This document shows, one piece after another, positions 8,126-18,583 of a stretch of DNA of 64,000 nt. Source of the stretch: an uncultured Actinomycetota bacterium. Its GTDB lineage: Bacteria; Actinomycetota; Actinomycetes; Actinomycetales; CAWJMD01. Location of the stretch: NCBI GenBank assembly GCA_963700925.1, contig OY969553.1:1983695-2047694 (forward strand), written 5' to 3'. The position numbers and the translations under genes were made by a program. Below the pieces are notes generated by a model. The model saw only the letters and a program-made list of their open reading frames with translations. It was not told the origin of the DNA and ran no database searches. Each line of letters begins with the position of its first letter. The first letter of the stretch is position 1.

Positions 8126-9745
8126 TCAGCCGTTGCCGTGCAGGTGTTCTCGGACGGTCGCGATGGTGTCGGCCTCCGCCGCGGTCTTGTCGTCGCGGTA
8201 TCGCAGCACCCGCGCGAACCGCAGCGCCGCCCCGCCCGGGTAGCGGCGCGACACCTGGGCGCCGTCGAAGGCGATCTCGACCACCAGCTCGGGTCGCACC
8301 CACACGGTGCCTCGCGTCTGCCGCTCCTCCAGCTCCTGGAAGCGCTCGGTCTGCCACCGCAACAGCGCGTCCGTCATGCCCTTGAACGTCTTGCCCACCA
8401 TCACGAAGCCGCCCGGCTGACCGAACGTGCCGTCCGGGTCGCGAGCACCGAGGTGCAGGTTCGACAGCCAACCCTGGCGCCGCCCGTGCCCCCACTCGGC
8501 CGCGAGCACCACGAGGTCGAGCGTGCGGACGGGCTTGACCTTCTGCCAGGCGCTGCCCCGGCGTCCGGCCTGGTACGGCGCGGTCAGCGACTTGACCACC
8601 ACGCCCTCGTGCCCGGCGGCCAGCGCCGCCTGGCTGACCGCCTCGGCGACCGCGGGATCATCCGTGACGGTGGACGGGACCCGCCACGGTGCCGCCACCC
8701 GCTCGAGCTCGTCGAGCCGCGACGACAGGGGTGCGTCGAGCAGGTCGACCCCGTCGACGTGCAGAAGGTCGAAGAAGTACGGCCGCACGAGCTGGTCGCG
8801 AGGGGCATCAGCGCTGAACCGGCTCATGGTCTCGGCGAACGCGCGGGGCCGCTCGCCCTCGTCGAGCACGAGTGACTCCCCGTCGAGCACCAGCGTCCGC
8901 GCCGGCAGGCCGCGCACCACCTCGACGACCTCGGGCAGCCGATGCGTCACCTCCTTCAGCGTGCGCGTGAAGATGCGGATGTCGTCACCGTCGCGGTGCA
9001 CCTGGATGCGCGCCCCGTCCAGCTTGTGATCGACCACGACCTGTCGTGAGTCAGCGAACGCCTTGTCGGACAGTGCTTCTCGTACCGACTTGGCCGGTGA
9101 GGCGAGCATCGGGCGGACCGGACGACCGACCTGCATGCGGACGGCCTCCAGAGCGGGCTCGCCGCCCTCTCGCGCCAGCGCCGCCGCGGCGGCGAGGGAG
9201 CCGGTCAGCATCCACGCCCGGCGCACCTGGTCGGGGCCGACGCCGGAGGCAACAGCCACCGCGTCGGCCAGCACCGCCTCGAGCGCGCCCTGGCGCACCT
9301 CACCGACGAGGACGCCGCCGAGGAACCGCACCTCCTGCTCCGTCGCGCGGGCCAGCAGGGTCGCCAGCGTGGCTCGGCGCTGCGTCGGCGTGCGACCGGG
9401 CCGCGCCAGCTCGGTGAACGCCGCGTCGACGTCCGCGACCGAGAGCGGTTCACGCGGCAGGTCGCCGGTGTCAGCCTCGGCCCCGGACAGCGCGGTGCTG
9501 TCTGAGAGCTCGGCGCTGTCGGAGAGCTCGGTGCTGTCGGAGAGCTCGGTGACGACCTGCTGCACGGTGCTCCAGCCGACCCCGAGCCGTCCCTGCGGAG
9601 GGCTGGCCACCAGCAGACCGATCACGGTCGGCACCTCGGTGTCGTCGAGGCGGGCAAGCAGCTCGGCGAGGGCGGCCGTCTTCTGCGTCCTCGACCGCGT
9701 CGAGGCGACGAGACCCGATGTCTGGACGACGTCAGCGAGCAGCAC
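8126..9745 (-). CDS. ligB: ATP-dependent DNA ligase (LigB type)
   Basis: PMLA, KLDGARIQVH, LDGE, EGVVVK, WQKVK, EWGHGRR..WLSNLHLG, LRFARV..YR.DK. Confidence 0.93.
   Translation of the reverse strand: MLLADVVQTSGLVASTRSRTQKTAALAELLARLDDTEVPTVIGLLVASPPQGRLGVGWSTVQQVVTELSDSTELSDSAELSDSTALSGAEADTGDLPREPLSVADVDAAFTELARPGRTPTQRRATLATLLARATEQEVRFLGGVLVGEVRQGALEAVLADAVAVASGVGPDQVRRAWMLTGSLAAAAALAREGGEPALEAVRMQVGRPVRPMLASPAKSVREALSDKAFADSRQVVVDHKLDGARIQVHRDGDDIRIFTRTLKEVTHRLPEVVEVVRGLPARTLVLDGESLVLDEGERPRAFAETMSRFSADAPRDQLVRPYFFDLLHVDGVDLLDAPLSSRLDELERVAAPWRVPSTVTDDPAVAEAVSQAALAAGHEGVVVKSLTAPYQAGRRGSAWQKVKPVRTLDLVVLAAEWGHGRRQGWLSNLHLGARDPDGTFGQPGGFVMVGKTFKGMTDALLRWQTERFQELEERQTRGTVWVRPELVVEIAFDGAQVSRRYPGGAALRFARVLRYRDDKTAAEADTIATVREHLHGNG
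9497..9550. repeat. 3 x 18-bp in-frame tandem repeat within ligB (TELSDS)
   Basis: gctgtctgagagctcggc / gctgtcggagagctcggt / gctgtcggagagctcggt. Confidence 0.9.
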
Positions 9746-9796
9746 GAGGAGAAGTCTGCCTCCGACCACCGACGTTCGCCGCCGCCAGCCGGGTGC

Positions 9797-10111
9797 TCAC
9801 TTCTCGAGGTTCACCTTCTCGGTGCCGTCCCCACCGCCGCCGCGGCCCTTCCCGACCTGGGACAGCGCGACCAGACCCGCGATGATCGCCAGCAGCAGGA
9901 ACTTGCCCGAGCCGAGCAGGAACGGGAGCCACTTCAGCCACCACGGTGGGTGCGGGACGTCGAACGGCCTGGAGAGCTGCAGGTCGAACGGCAGGTCGAT
10001 GTCAGGCAGCGGCATCCAGAGCACGACGGCGACGCCGAGCCCGACGAGAAGCACGACGGCCACCCCGGAGGCGACGGCACGAGCGACTGCGGCGGAGCGG
10101 TTCTCGGTCAT
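9797..10111 (-). CDS. Small hypothetical membrane protein
   Basis: Two hydrophobic segments with a Pro/Trp-rich linker. Confidence 0.6.
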   Translation of the reverse strand: MTENRSAAVARAVASGVAVVLLVGLGVAVVLWMPLPDIDLPFDLQLSRPFDVPHPPWWLKWLPFLLGSGKFLLLAIIAGLVALSQVGKGRGGGGDGTEKVNLEK

Positions 10112-10185
10112 CCCTCGACGCTACGGACACCAGACGGTCAGCACATCGGGCTCAGGAGCGGTCTCGCCCTACGACTCAGGGCGGA

Positions 10186-10206
10186 GGTGGACGGCCCCCG
10201 TCCACC
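10186..10206 (-). terminator. Possible hairpin downstream of the response regulator
   Basis: GGTGGACGG-ccc-CCGTCCACC, 9-bp stem. Confidence 0.35.
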
Positions 10207-10227
10207 GCTGGGAAAGGTCAACACCGC

Positions 10228-10938
10228 TCAGCGCGGACGGGGGCGCGCCAGGCCCACCTCGTACGCGAGCACGACCGCCTGCACGCGGTCGCGCAGGCCC
10301 AGCTTGCGCAGCACGGCGGAGACGTGCGTCTTGACGGTCGCCTCCGTCAGCACCAGCCGTGCCGCGATCTCCGCGTTGGAGAGCGCCAGAGCGACGAGCC
10401 GCAGCACCTCGAGCTCCCGCTCCGTCAGCACCGCCAGGTCGGCGGGCGAGGAGGCGTCCGACCCCGGAAGCGCGCCGGCGAACCGGTCGAGCAGGCGCCG
10501 CGTCACCGAGGGCGCCAGCAACGCGTCGCCCCGCGCGACCACCCGCACCGCCTCGACCAGGTCGACGGGCCTGACGTCCTTGAGCAGGAAGCCGCTCGCC
10601 CCCGCCCGCAGAGCGGCGAACACCGAGTCGTCGACGTCGTAGGTGGTCAGGACCACGACCCGGCTCGGGCTGCCCGACGCCACCACCTGTCGTGTGGCCT
10701 CCAGCCCGTCGGTACCGGGCATGCGGACGTCCATCAGCACGACGTCGGGCACGAGGTCGGCGACGAGGGCGATCGCCTGCGCACCGTCCCCGGCCTCGCC
10801 CACCACCTCGAGGTCGGGCTTCGCGTCCAGGATCATCCGGAACCCACCACGCACCAGGGCCTGGTCGTCGGCGATCAGGATCCTGATCGGCCCGCCCGTG
10901 CTGTCGTCAGTCCCTGCGGATGAGGACTTCTCTGTCAT
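10228..10938 (-). CDS. NarL/LuxR-family response regulator
   Basis: ILIADDQ, DVVLMDVRMP, GASGFLLK, LTERELEVL..SNAEIA..TVKTHV. Confidence 0.95.
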   Translation of the reverse strand: MTEKSSSAGTDDSTGGPIRILIADDQALVRGGFRMILDAKPDLEVVGEAGDGAQAIALVADLVPDVVLMDVRMPGTDGLEATRQVVASGSPSRVVVLTTYDVDDSVFAALRAGASGFLLKDVRPVDLVEAVRVVARGDALLAPSVTRRLLDRFAGALPGSDASSPADLAVLTERELEVLRLVALALSNAEIAARLVLTEATVKTHVSAVLRKLGLRDRVQAVVLAYEVGLARPRPR

Positions 10939-12083
10939 CGCACCCCCCTCGGAAGTCTGGCCCGGACGGCGAACCCTCCGCCCGGACGCGGGCCGGCATC
11001 CAGCGAGCCGCCGAGGGCCCGCGCCCGCTCGCGCATGCCGATGATGCCGCGTCCCGTGCCGTCGCTGATGCCTTCTTGCACATGGTTCTTGGCGTCGGTG
11101 GTCGCCCAACCGGTGCCGCTGCCGTCGTCGACCACCTCGATCACCACCTCGTTGTTCACACCTCGCACGGTGACTTCTGCGCGCGTGGCTCCCGCGTGCC
11201 GCAGCGTGTTCGTGAGCGCCTCCTGCACGATCCGGTAGGCGGCCAGGTCGACCTCGGCAGGCAGCGGCTGGTCGAGCCCGTCACGCACCACGTCGACCTG
11301 CAGCCCGGACGCGCGGACCGGCACGAAGAGCCGGTCGAGCCCGGCCAGGCCGAGCTCGGGTGTCTCCGACGGCTCCTGGTCGGGCGCTCGCTCAGGGCTC
11401 GCGAGCAGCCGGCGCAGGTCGGCGAGGGCCGACCGGGCGGAGCCTTCGATCGACCGCAGTGCCTGGCGAGCCTGGTCGGGTCGCTCGTCGAAGACGTCGT
11501 CGGCAGCCGCAGCCTGCACCACGATCACCGAGACGCTGTGCGCGATCACGTCGTGCAGGTCGCGCGCGATGCGCGCATGTTCGTCGCTCACCGCGCGCCG
11601 GGCGCCCTCCACGATCGCCTTCCGCCGGTTGCGGGCAGTCTCGCCCAACGCCCACGCCACGACGTCCACGGCCATCGCGAACTGGGTGTCGGCGTCGGTG
11701 GTGGTCCGGAAGTTCAGTGCTGTGATGCCGAGGAGAGCCGCCAGGGCGGGAAGCGACACGAGGGGCCCGCGCGAAACGGCGAGCGAGCCGACGGCGATCA
11801 GGCCGCCGTACGCGAACACGCCGTACGGCGCGACCAGCTGGGTCACGGTCGCTCCGGCGAGCACCAGCACCGTCACCAGCACGGGGTGCGAACGCCGCCA
11901 CCACAGGGCGATCCCCTGGACGGCCCCAGCGAGCACGCCCAGTGCGGTCGGCAGTGCCGCCAGCCCGGGCACCGACTCGACCAGGGTCATCAGGAACAGC
12001 CCGATCACGACGCTGATCGCGAGGTCGGCGACGAGCTGCCGAGGAGGGCGCCGGGCAGCGGACGGGCGGGTCACAGTCCCCAT
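10935..12083 (-). CDS. Sensor histidine kinase (HisKA_3)
   Basis: IARDLHDVIAH, YRIVQEALTN, DDGSG, GRGIIGMRER. Confidence 0.95.
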   Translation of the reverse strand: MGTVTRPSAARRPPRQLVADLAISVVIGLFLMTLVESVPGLAALPTALGVLAGAVQGIALWWRRSHPVLVTVLVLAGATVTQLVAPYGVFAYGGLIAVGSLAVSRGPLVSLPALAALLGITALNFRTTTDADTQFAMAVDVVAWALGETARNRRKAIVEGARRAVSDEHARIARDLHDVIAHSVSVIVVQAAAADDVFDERPDQARQALRSIEGSARSALADLRRLLASPERAPDQEPSETPELGLAGLDRLFVPVRASGLQVDVVRDGLDQPLPAEVDLAAYRIVQEALTNTLRHAGATRAEVTVRGVNNEVVIEVVDDGSGTGWATTDAKNHVQEGISDGTGRGIIGMRERARALGGSLDAGPRPGGGFAVRARLPRGVR

Positions 12084-12174
12084 CGTGGCGTCTCTCGCGG
12101 CAGGATGGCGGCGTGACCAGCCGCATCGCCGTCATCGCCATCGTTGCCATCGAGCTGTCAGAGGGGAGTGACAC

Positions 12175-13629
12175 GTGAGCCTGTTCACCAGCGGAGCAGC
12201 AGGGGTCTTCCGCCGCAAGCCTGTCGACGAGATCGAGCCCGAGGACCCGGAGGCGGGCGGCGGCCTGGTGCGCGTGCTCGGTGTCTGGCAGCTCACGGCG
12301 CTCGGCATCGGCGGCATCATCGGTGCCGGTGTCTTCTCGCTCGCCGGGGCCGTGGCCAAGGAGTCCGCCGGACCGGGTGTGCTGTTCTCGTTCCTGGTCG
12401 CCGGCATCGCGAGTGCTTGTGCCGCAGTCTGTTACGCCGAGTTCGCGGGCATGATCCCCAAGGCCGGCTCGGCGTACACGTATGGCTACGCGGTGCTCGG
12501 CGAGGGTGTCGGGTGGCTGATCGGCTGGGACCTGCTCCTCGAGTACACGGCGATCGTCGCCGTCGTCGGCATCGGCATCTCGGGATACTTCGGCTTCCTC
12601 GTCGAGCAGCTCGGGCTGGGCCTGCCCGAGTGGATGCTCGGCGCACCCGGCAGCGACCCCGCGCAGCCTGGGCGCGTCGTCGACCTGTTCGCGATGGTGC
12701 TCTGCCTGCTGATCGCCTTCGCGCTGACGCAGGGAGTGCGCAACGCGGCGCGGATCGAGTCGGTGATGGTCTGGCTCAAGGTCGCCCTGGTCGTTCTGAT
12801 CGTCGGGCTCGGGGTGTTCTACGTGGAGACCGAGAACTACACCCCGTTCCTGCCCTTCGGCTGGTCGGGTGTCTTCGCGGGTGCCTCCATCGTGTTCTTC
12901 GCCGTCTTCGGCTACGACGCGATGAGCACCGCTGCCGAGGAGTCGGCGGACGCCAGAAAGACTCTCCCGCGGGCGATCCTGATCTCGCTGGCCATCTCGA
13001 TGTCCCTCTACGTGCTGGCCTGCCTGGTGCTCACCGGCATGGTCAACTACACCGAGGTCGACTCCGAATCAGCTTTCGCACAGGCGTTTTCGGACGTGGG
13101 GCTGCCCGGCATCGCGACGCTGATCTCAGTCGGGGCGATCCTGGGCATCGCCACCGTGATGTTCACCTTCATGTTCGCCGTCACCCGGGTGTGGTTCGCG
13201 ATGGCGAGGGACGGGCTGCTGCCACGTTGGTTCGCGGCCGTCGACACCAAGCACCACGTGCCCGTCCGCGTCACGTGGATCGTCGGCATCGGGTCGGCGC
13301 TGATCGCCGGGTTCACCCCGATCGCCGAGGCGGCCGAGCTGACGAACATCGGCATCCTGCTCGCGTTCGCGGTGGTGTGCAGCGCAGTCATCGTCCTGCG
13401 CTACCGCTCACCGGAGATCGAGCGCGGGTTCCGCGTTCCGGGGATGCCGGTGATCCCCTTGCTCGGCGTCGCCTCGTCGATCTGGCTGACCACCTACCTG
13501 ACGTCGACCACGTGGATCCGTTTCGGGATCTGGTTCCTACTCGGACTGGCCGTGTACGCCGCCTACGGCTACCGGCACTCGCTCCTGCACCCGGGCAGTC
13601 CCCGGCGTCAGGGCGCTGACCGGCTCTGA
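12175..13629 (+). CDS. APC-family amino acid permease
   Basis: GIGGIIGAGVF, YAEFA..PKAGSAYTY, FGYDAMSTAAEE. Confidence 0.93.
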   Translation: MSLFTSGAAGVFRRKPVDEIEPEDPEAGGGLVRVLGVWQLTALGIGGIIGAGVFSLAGAVAKESAGPGVLFSFLVAGIASACAAVCYAEFAGMIPKAGSAYTYGYAVLGEGVGWLIGWDLLLEYTAIVAVVGIGISGYFGFLVEQLGLGLPEWMLGAPGSDPAQPGRVVDLFAMVLCLLIAFALTQGVRNAARIESVMVWLKVALVVLIVGLGVFYVETENYTPFLPFGWSGVFAGASIVFFAVFGYDAMSTAAEESADARKTLPRAILISLAISMSLYVLACLVLTGMVNYTEVDSESAFAQAFSDVGLPGIATLISVGAILGIATVMFTFMFAVTRVWFAMARDGLLPRWFAAVDTKHHVPVRVTWIVGIGSALIAGFTPIAEAAELTNIGILLAFAVVCSAVIVLRYRSPEIERGFRVPGMPVIPLLGVASSIWLTTYLTSTTWIRFGIWFLLGLAVYAAYGYRHSLLHPGSPRRQGADRL

Positions 13630-15811
13630 CTCGCGGAAGCCGAACCGCTGCCAGAAGCGCTCCAGCGGACGGGGGGCCCACCAGTTGGCGTTGCCGAGCA
13701 GCCGCATCGTCGCCGGCACCAGCAGCGCCCGCACCACGGTTGCATCGACGATGATCGCGACGGCCAGGCCGACCCCGATCATCTGGATGAAGACGATGCC
13801 GCTGGACGCGAAGGCGCCCACGACGACCACCAGCAGCAGGGCGGCGCTGGTGATGATGCGACCGGTGCGCTGCAGCCCGTTGGCCACCGCTGCGGTGTTG
13901 TCACCCGTGGCGTCCCACTGCTCCCGCACGCGGCTCAGCAGGAACACCTCGTAGTCCATCGACAGGCCGAACGCGATGGCGAGGATCAGGATCGGTTGCG
14001 TCGCCTCGACCGTGCCCGTCTCGGTGAAGCCGAGCAGGGACTGCAGCCCGCCCTGCTGGAAGCCCCAGACGATCACGCCGAAGCTCGCGCCCAGGCTCAG
14101 GGTGTTGACCACCACTGCCTTGATCGGCAGCAGCACCGACCCGAACGCCATGAACAGCAGCACCAGCGTCACGCCGATCACGAACAAGGCCATCCAGGGC
14201 AGGCGATCTCCCAGCCCGTCGAGGAGGTCGACCAGAGCGGCGGTCCCGCCCCCGACCAGTACGTCGGCGCCGTCCGGGGTGGGCACGGCGCGCACCGCGG
14301 CCAGCACGTCGCGCGCGGCCTCGCCCTGGTCGTCGCCCGGCACCTGGACGACGATGCGTGCGACGTCGCCGGACGGGCTGGCGCTGCTGGGCATCTCGAC
14401 CGACGCGGAGTCGACGCCAGGGACAGCGGCCAGCTCGGCCGCGTAGGCGTCAAGCCTCGGAGTCGTCCACGCCGCCTGCAACGAGGACCGGCATCTCGGA
14501 GAGGTCGCCACCGGGGAAGTCGCGGTCGAGCGTCTCGACCACTGACCTGCTCTCGGTGCCATCGGGCAGCGAGCGGTGGTCGACGCCACCGAACTCGACC
14601 TGCAGGAAGGGCGACCCCGCGAGCAGCAGGCCGGGAACGATGACGGCGACGTAGACCAGGGGCCGGCGCATCACGGCGCGCGCGATGCGCGCCCAGGCGC
14701 CCGAGGTCTCGGACGTGCCCGATGCACCGACATGGGCGGCCTTGGGGCGACGCCGGCGGACGAGGCGCAGGGAGTCGACGCGGGGCCCGAGCACGGCGAG
14801 CAGTGCCGGCAGGACGGTGAGGGCACCCACCATCGCGATGAGCACGGCTGCCATGCCGCCCAGCCCCATCGACCGCAGGAACATCTGCGGGAAGAGCAGC
14901 AGGCTCGACAGGGAGATGGCGACGGTCAGACCCGAGACCGCAACGGTGCGACCGGCCGTGCGCAGGGTGGCGGCGAGCGCTGCCCGCACGTCGTCCGGGC
15001 CCGCCGCGCGACCGCCGCGGGTGGCCAGCTCCTCGCGGAAGCGGCTGACGACGAACAGCGCGTAGTCGATCGCGAGGCCGAGCCCGAGCATGATCACGAC
15101 GTTGACCGAGAAGACCGACACCTCGGTGACGCCGGTGAGCAGCCGCAGCGCCAGGAACGAGCCCAGGATCGCGACGGCTCCGATGGCCAGCGGCAGGCTC
15201 GCGGCGACGAGGCCTCCGAAGACGAGGACGAGAAGCACGAGGAGCAGCGGCGTGCTCACCGACTCGGCGCGCGCGATGTCCTCGCCGACCTGGGAGTTGA
15301 CGTCGCTGAACACGGCCGAGTCGCCACCACGCTGGACCTCGAGCGGCGCCGGCGGATCGGCGAGCTGGTCGGCGATCTCGGCATAGGTGGCGGCGCGCTC
15401 GTCGCGGTCGTATCCCGCCAGCGTGAGCACCACGGCGGCGGACTGTCCGTCCTCACTTCGGAGGGGGGAGATGACCGGTCCCGTGCTCCACGGGGTGGTG
15501 ACACTGCTGACAGCGTCGGACGGGAGGCCGCCCACGTGCTCCTCGACGGCCGACTGGAACGTCGGGTCGTCGACCGGGGTGCCGTTCGTGGCCCGGTAGA
15601 GGAGCACGACGTCGGCACCGTCGTGGCCGAACGCCTCGTCGGACACGGATGCGGCGAGCGAGCTCTCGCTGTCGGGGTCGTCGAAGCCCCCGTCCGAGAG
15701 CTCGCCGAAGACGCCGGTGCCCCAGACGGCCGCGGTGCCGATGAAGAGGACGGTCGCCGCCAGCACGACCCAGCGGGCCCGGACGACAAGGTGGGCGAGG
15801 GATGTGAACAC
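13537..15811 (-). pseudogene. MMPL (RND) transporter split by a 1-nt frameshift near 14455
   Basis: N-half ORF 14450-15811 (GLAIDYALF) and C-half ORF 13537-14589 (GLSMDYEVFL); one missing base restores DSEALDAYAA. Confidence 0.8.
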
Positions 15812-15854
15812 GGGGGGCCTCCGAGAGTACGATGCGTGAACAGGAGAAGCATGA

Positions 15855-15884
15855 GTGAACTGTGTTAATGTGAACAGTGTTTAC
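15855..15884. promoter_or_regulatory. Tandem TetR-type operators
   Basis: GTGAACTGTGTTAAT followed by GTGAACAGTGTTTAC between divergent MMPL and TetR genes. Confidence 0.6.
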
Positions 15885-15946
15885 TAGAGCACCACCCGTT
15901 CACTCCTGTCAAGGCTCAATCCTTCCATCGGCACGGAGGCCACGAG

Positions 15947-16672
15947 ATGACGTCCACGGAAGAGATGCCGACCAGACGAGCGCGCCGGCATGCCGCGACC
16001 GTCGACGAGATCATCGCGGCAGCCCGGTCCCTGCTGGCTGCCGAGGGGCCTTCGGCGGTGCAGCTGCGGGCGATCGCGCGAGAGATGGGCGTCACGGCGC
16101 CGGCGCTGTACCGGTACTTCCCGTCCCGCGACGACCTGGTCAGCGCCCTGTCCGCCTCGCTCTTCGACGAGCTGGTGGCCGAGCTCGAGAAGGCCCGAGA
16201 CGCCTGGCCGACCGCGGCACCGCGGCTGACCGGAGCGTCGAGACGGTTCCGCCGCTGGGGACTTGCCCACCCGCAGGAGCTGACGCTGCTGTTCGCCACC
16301 CCCGTCCCCGCGCCGGACGAGCGGTCGGAGCAGTCCGTCGAGTGCCTGGCCTCCGAGCGGTTCGCCATGGTCTTCCTGGGGATCTTCCGCGAGCTGTGGG
16401 CAGAGCGGCCGTTTCCCGTCCGCCCCGACGACGAGCTGGACCCGCGGCTGGTCCTGCATCTCGGAGAGTGGTCGCGGGAGACCGGTCTGCCGCTCGGTGC
16501 GCTGGAGGTCTTCCTGCGGTGCTGGGTGCGCCTGTACGGGATGGTGATGATCGAGGTGTCCGGGCACGTGGCGTTCGCCGTCGGCGACGCTGAACCGCTC
16601 TTTGAGCTGGAGCTCGAGTCGATGGGTCGCCTGATCGGTATCTCGCCGGGCGAGGTGTCGGAGGCGTCCTAG
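15947..16672 (+). CDS. TetR/AcrR regulator (WHG-like C-terminus)
   Basis: LRAIAREMGVTAPALYRYFPSRDDL; WVRLYGMV. Confidence 0.9.
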   Translation: MTSTEEMPTRRARRHAATVDEIIAAARSLLAAEGPSAVQLRAIAREMGVTAPALYRYFPSRDDLVSALSASLFDELVAELEKARDAWPTAAPRLTGASRRFRRWGLAHPQELTLLFATPVPAPDERSEQSVECLASERFAMVFLGIFRELWAERPFPVRPDDELDPRLVLHLGEWSRETGLPLGALEVFLRCWVRLYGMVMIEVSGHVAFAVGDAEPLFELELESMGRLIGISPGEVSEAS

Positions 16673-16682
16673 GCTCGAAGCC

Positions 16683-17483
16683 ATGACCACCATGCCGGAG
16701 CGGCCAATCCGCATCGCCCTGCAGATCCACCCCCAGCACGCCGAGTACGCCGACATCCGCCGCACTGCAGCCGAAGCGGAGGAGATCGGCGCCGACGTGG
16801 TCTTCAACTGGGACCACTTCTTCCCACTGCGCGGGGAGCCGGAGGGCAAGCACTTCGAGTGCTGGACGATGCTCGGTGCCTGGGCGGAGGCCACGTCGCG
16901 CGTCCAGATCGGCGCGCTCGTCACCTGCAACAGCTACCGCAACCCCGAGTTGCTCGCCGACATGGCCCGCACCGTCGACCACATCAGCGACGGCCGACTG
17001 ATCCTCGGCATCGGCTCGGGCTGGTTCGAGAAGGACTACGACGAGTACGGGTACGAGTTCGGCACGGCGGGAAGGCGTTTGGACGTGCTCGCGGAGTCGC
17101 TGCCCCGCATCGAGTCACGCTTCGCGAAGCTCAACCCCGCCCCGACGCGCAAGATCCCGGTACTGATCGGCGGCGGGGGCGAGAAGAAGACGCTCAAACT
17201 GGTCGCGAAGCACGCGGACATCTGGCACGGCTTCGGCGGCGCCGAGGTGGTCGAGCGCAAGGTCGCCATCCTCGACCAGCACTGCGCTGACATCGGACGC
17301 GACCCCGCCGAGATCGAGCGCTCCATCGGTGTCGGCGCGGGCAGTGCCCACCCAGAGGAGCTCGGTGAGGGCCTGCGGGCGCACGGCGTCACGCTGTTCA
17401 CGGTGAGCGCCACGGGGCCGGACTACGACCTGAGCGGCCTGCGCCGGTGGGTCCAGTGGCGGGATGCCCAGCAGGGCGGGTGA
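16683..17483 (+). CDS. LLM-class, probably F420-dependent oxidoreductase
   Basis: WDHFFPL, LVTCNSYRNPELLADMARTVDHISDGRLILGIGSGW, IGGGGEKKTL. Confidence 0.88.
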   Translation: MTTMPERPIRIALQIHPQHAEYADIRRTAAEAEEIGADVVFNWDHFFPLRGEPEGKHFECWTMLGAWAEATSRVQIGALVTCNSYRNPELLADMARTVDHISDGRLILGIGSGWFEKDYDEYGYEFGTAGRRLDVLAESLPRIESRFAKLNPAPTRKIPVLIGGGGEKKTLKLVAKHADIWHGFGGAEVVERKVAILDQHCADIGRDPAEIERSIGVGAGSAHPEELGEGLRAHGVTLFTVSATGPDYDLSGLRRWVQWRDAQQGG

Positions 17484-17516
17484 TCTGGACGTCCGATGAA
17501 CCTGAATACCGGACTT

Positions 17517-17530
17517 GACTTATATAAGTC
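17517..17530. promoter_or_regulatory. Putative ArsR operator
   Basis: Perfect 14-bp palindrome GACTTATATAAGTC overlapping TTGACT, upstream of the SRPBCC-ArsR pair. Confidence 0.65.
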
Positions 17531-17579
17531 GCTACCGGTAGACAGGTGTTCCCGTCAGGCAGAACACGAGGAGCGCACC

Positions 17580-18239
17580 ATGATCGATGTCAGCAGGCAG
17601 GTCGGCGCCGTCGTCCGGGAGGTCTCCACCGGCGAGCGCGACGGCCGTCCCACCAAGGTCGTCGTCGCTACCCGGACGTATCCCTCCCCCGTCGACGACG
17701 TGTGGGACGCCCTGACCTCCCAGGAACGGATCCCGCGGTGGTTCAACCCGGTCTCGGGCGACCTGCAGGTCGGAGGCCGATTCCAGGTGGAGAACAACGC
17801 GGGCGGAGAGGTCGTCTCGTGCGACCCGCCTCGCTCGTTCGAGATCACCTGGGAGTACGCGGGCGACGCGAGCTGGGTCGTCGTGACGCTGGTACCCGAC
17901 GGGGACGCCACGACGCTTGAGCTGCGGCACACGGCGCACCCACCCGAGGAGTTCTGGGGCACCTACGGCCCCGGCGCCGTGGGGGTCGGCTGGGAGCTGA
18001 GCCTGATGGGTCTGGACCTGCACCTGGCGTCGGGGGAGGCGCTCGACCCGGCCGTCGTCGAGGCCTGGTCCTCCTCGGACGAGGGACGTGAGTACCTCGG
18101 CGGCAGCAGCGCCGGCTGGGCGGATGCGGCGATCGCCGACGGCGACGACGAGAAGGCCGCTCGGGCAGCTGAGCGTGCCACCACCGCCGCCTACACCGGA
18201 GTCCCTCAGGACGAGACCACGACGCCGTCCAACGCCTGA
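17580..18239 (+). CDS. SRPBCC/AHSA1-family protein
   Basis: DDVWDALT..ERIPRWF, GPGAVGVGWE; GAGGAG RBS. Confidence 0.88.
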   Translation: MIDVSRQVGAVVREVSTGERDGRPTKVVVATRTYPSPVDDVWDALTSQERIPRWFNPVSGDLQVGGRFQVENNAGGEVVSCDPPRSFEITWEYAGDASWVVVTLVPDGDATTLELRHTAHPPEEFWGTYGPGAVGVGWELSLMGLDLHLASGEALDPAVVEAWSSSDEGREYLGGSSAGWADAAIADGDDEKAARAAERATTAAYTGVPQDETTTPSNA

Positions 18240-18571
18240 TGCACGCCTTCGACGTTCTCGGTGACCCGGTGCGCCGGCGAATCCTCGAGCTGCTCGCGGA
18301 CGGCGAACACACGTCAGGCGCCGTTACCGAGACCGTGCGGGCTGAGTTCGGCATCTCGCAGCCTGCCGTGTCTCAGCACCTGAAGGTGTTGCGCGAGAAC
18401 GGTTTCGCCACGGTTCGCGCCGAGGGAACGAGGCGCCTCTACGCCGTCGACGCCACCGGGATGCAGGAGGTCGATGCGTGGGTCGAGCAGTTCCGGGCGT
18501 TCTGGAACCAGCGTCTCGACGCCCTCGGTACCGAGCTGGCGCGGGGCCGTCGCGCGCGATCCTCGTCCTGA
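18239..18571 (+). CDS. ArsR/SmtB regulator
   Basis: LGDPVRRRILELL, ISQPAVSQHLKVLRE. Confidence 0.92.
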   Translation: MHAFDVLGDPVRRRILELLADGEHTSGAVTETVRAEFGISQPAVSQHLKVLRENGFATVRAEGTRRLYAVDATGMQEVDAWVEQFRAFWNQRLDALGTELARGRRARSSS

Positions 18572-18583
18572 TGATCCAAATGA

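Noticed and set aside
12121-12152. Short catcgcc-type repeats upstream of the permease
   Set aside because: Too short and degenerate to separate from background
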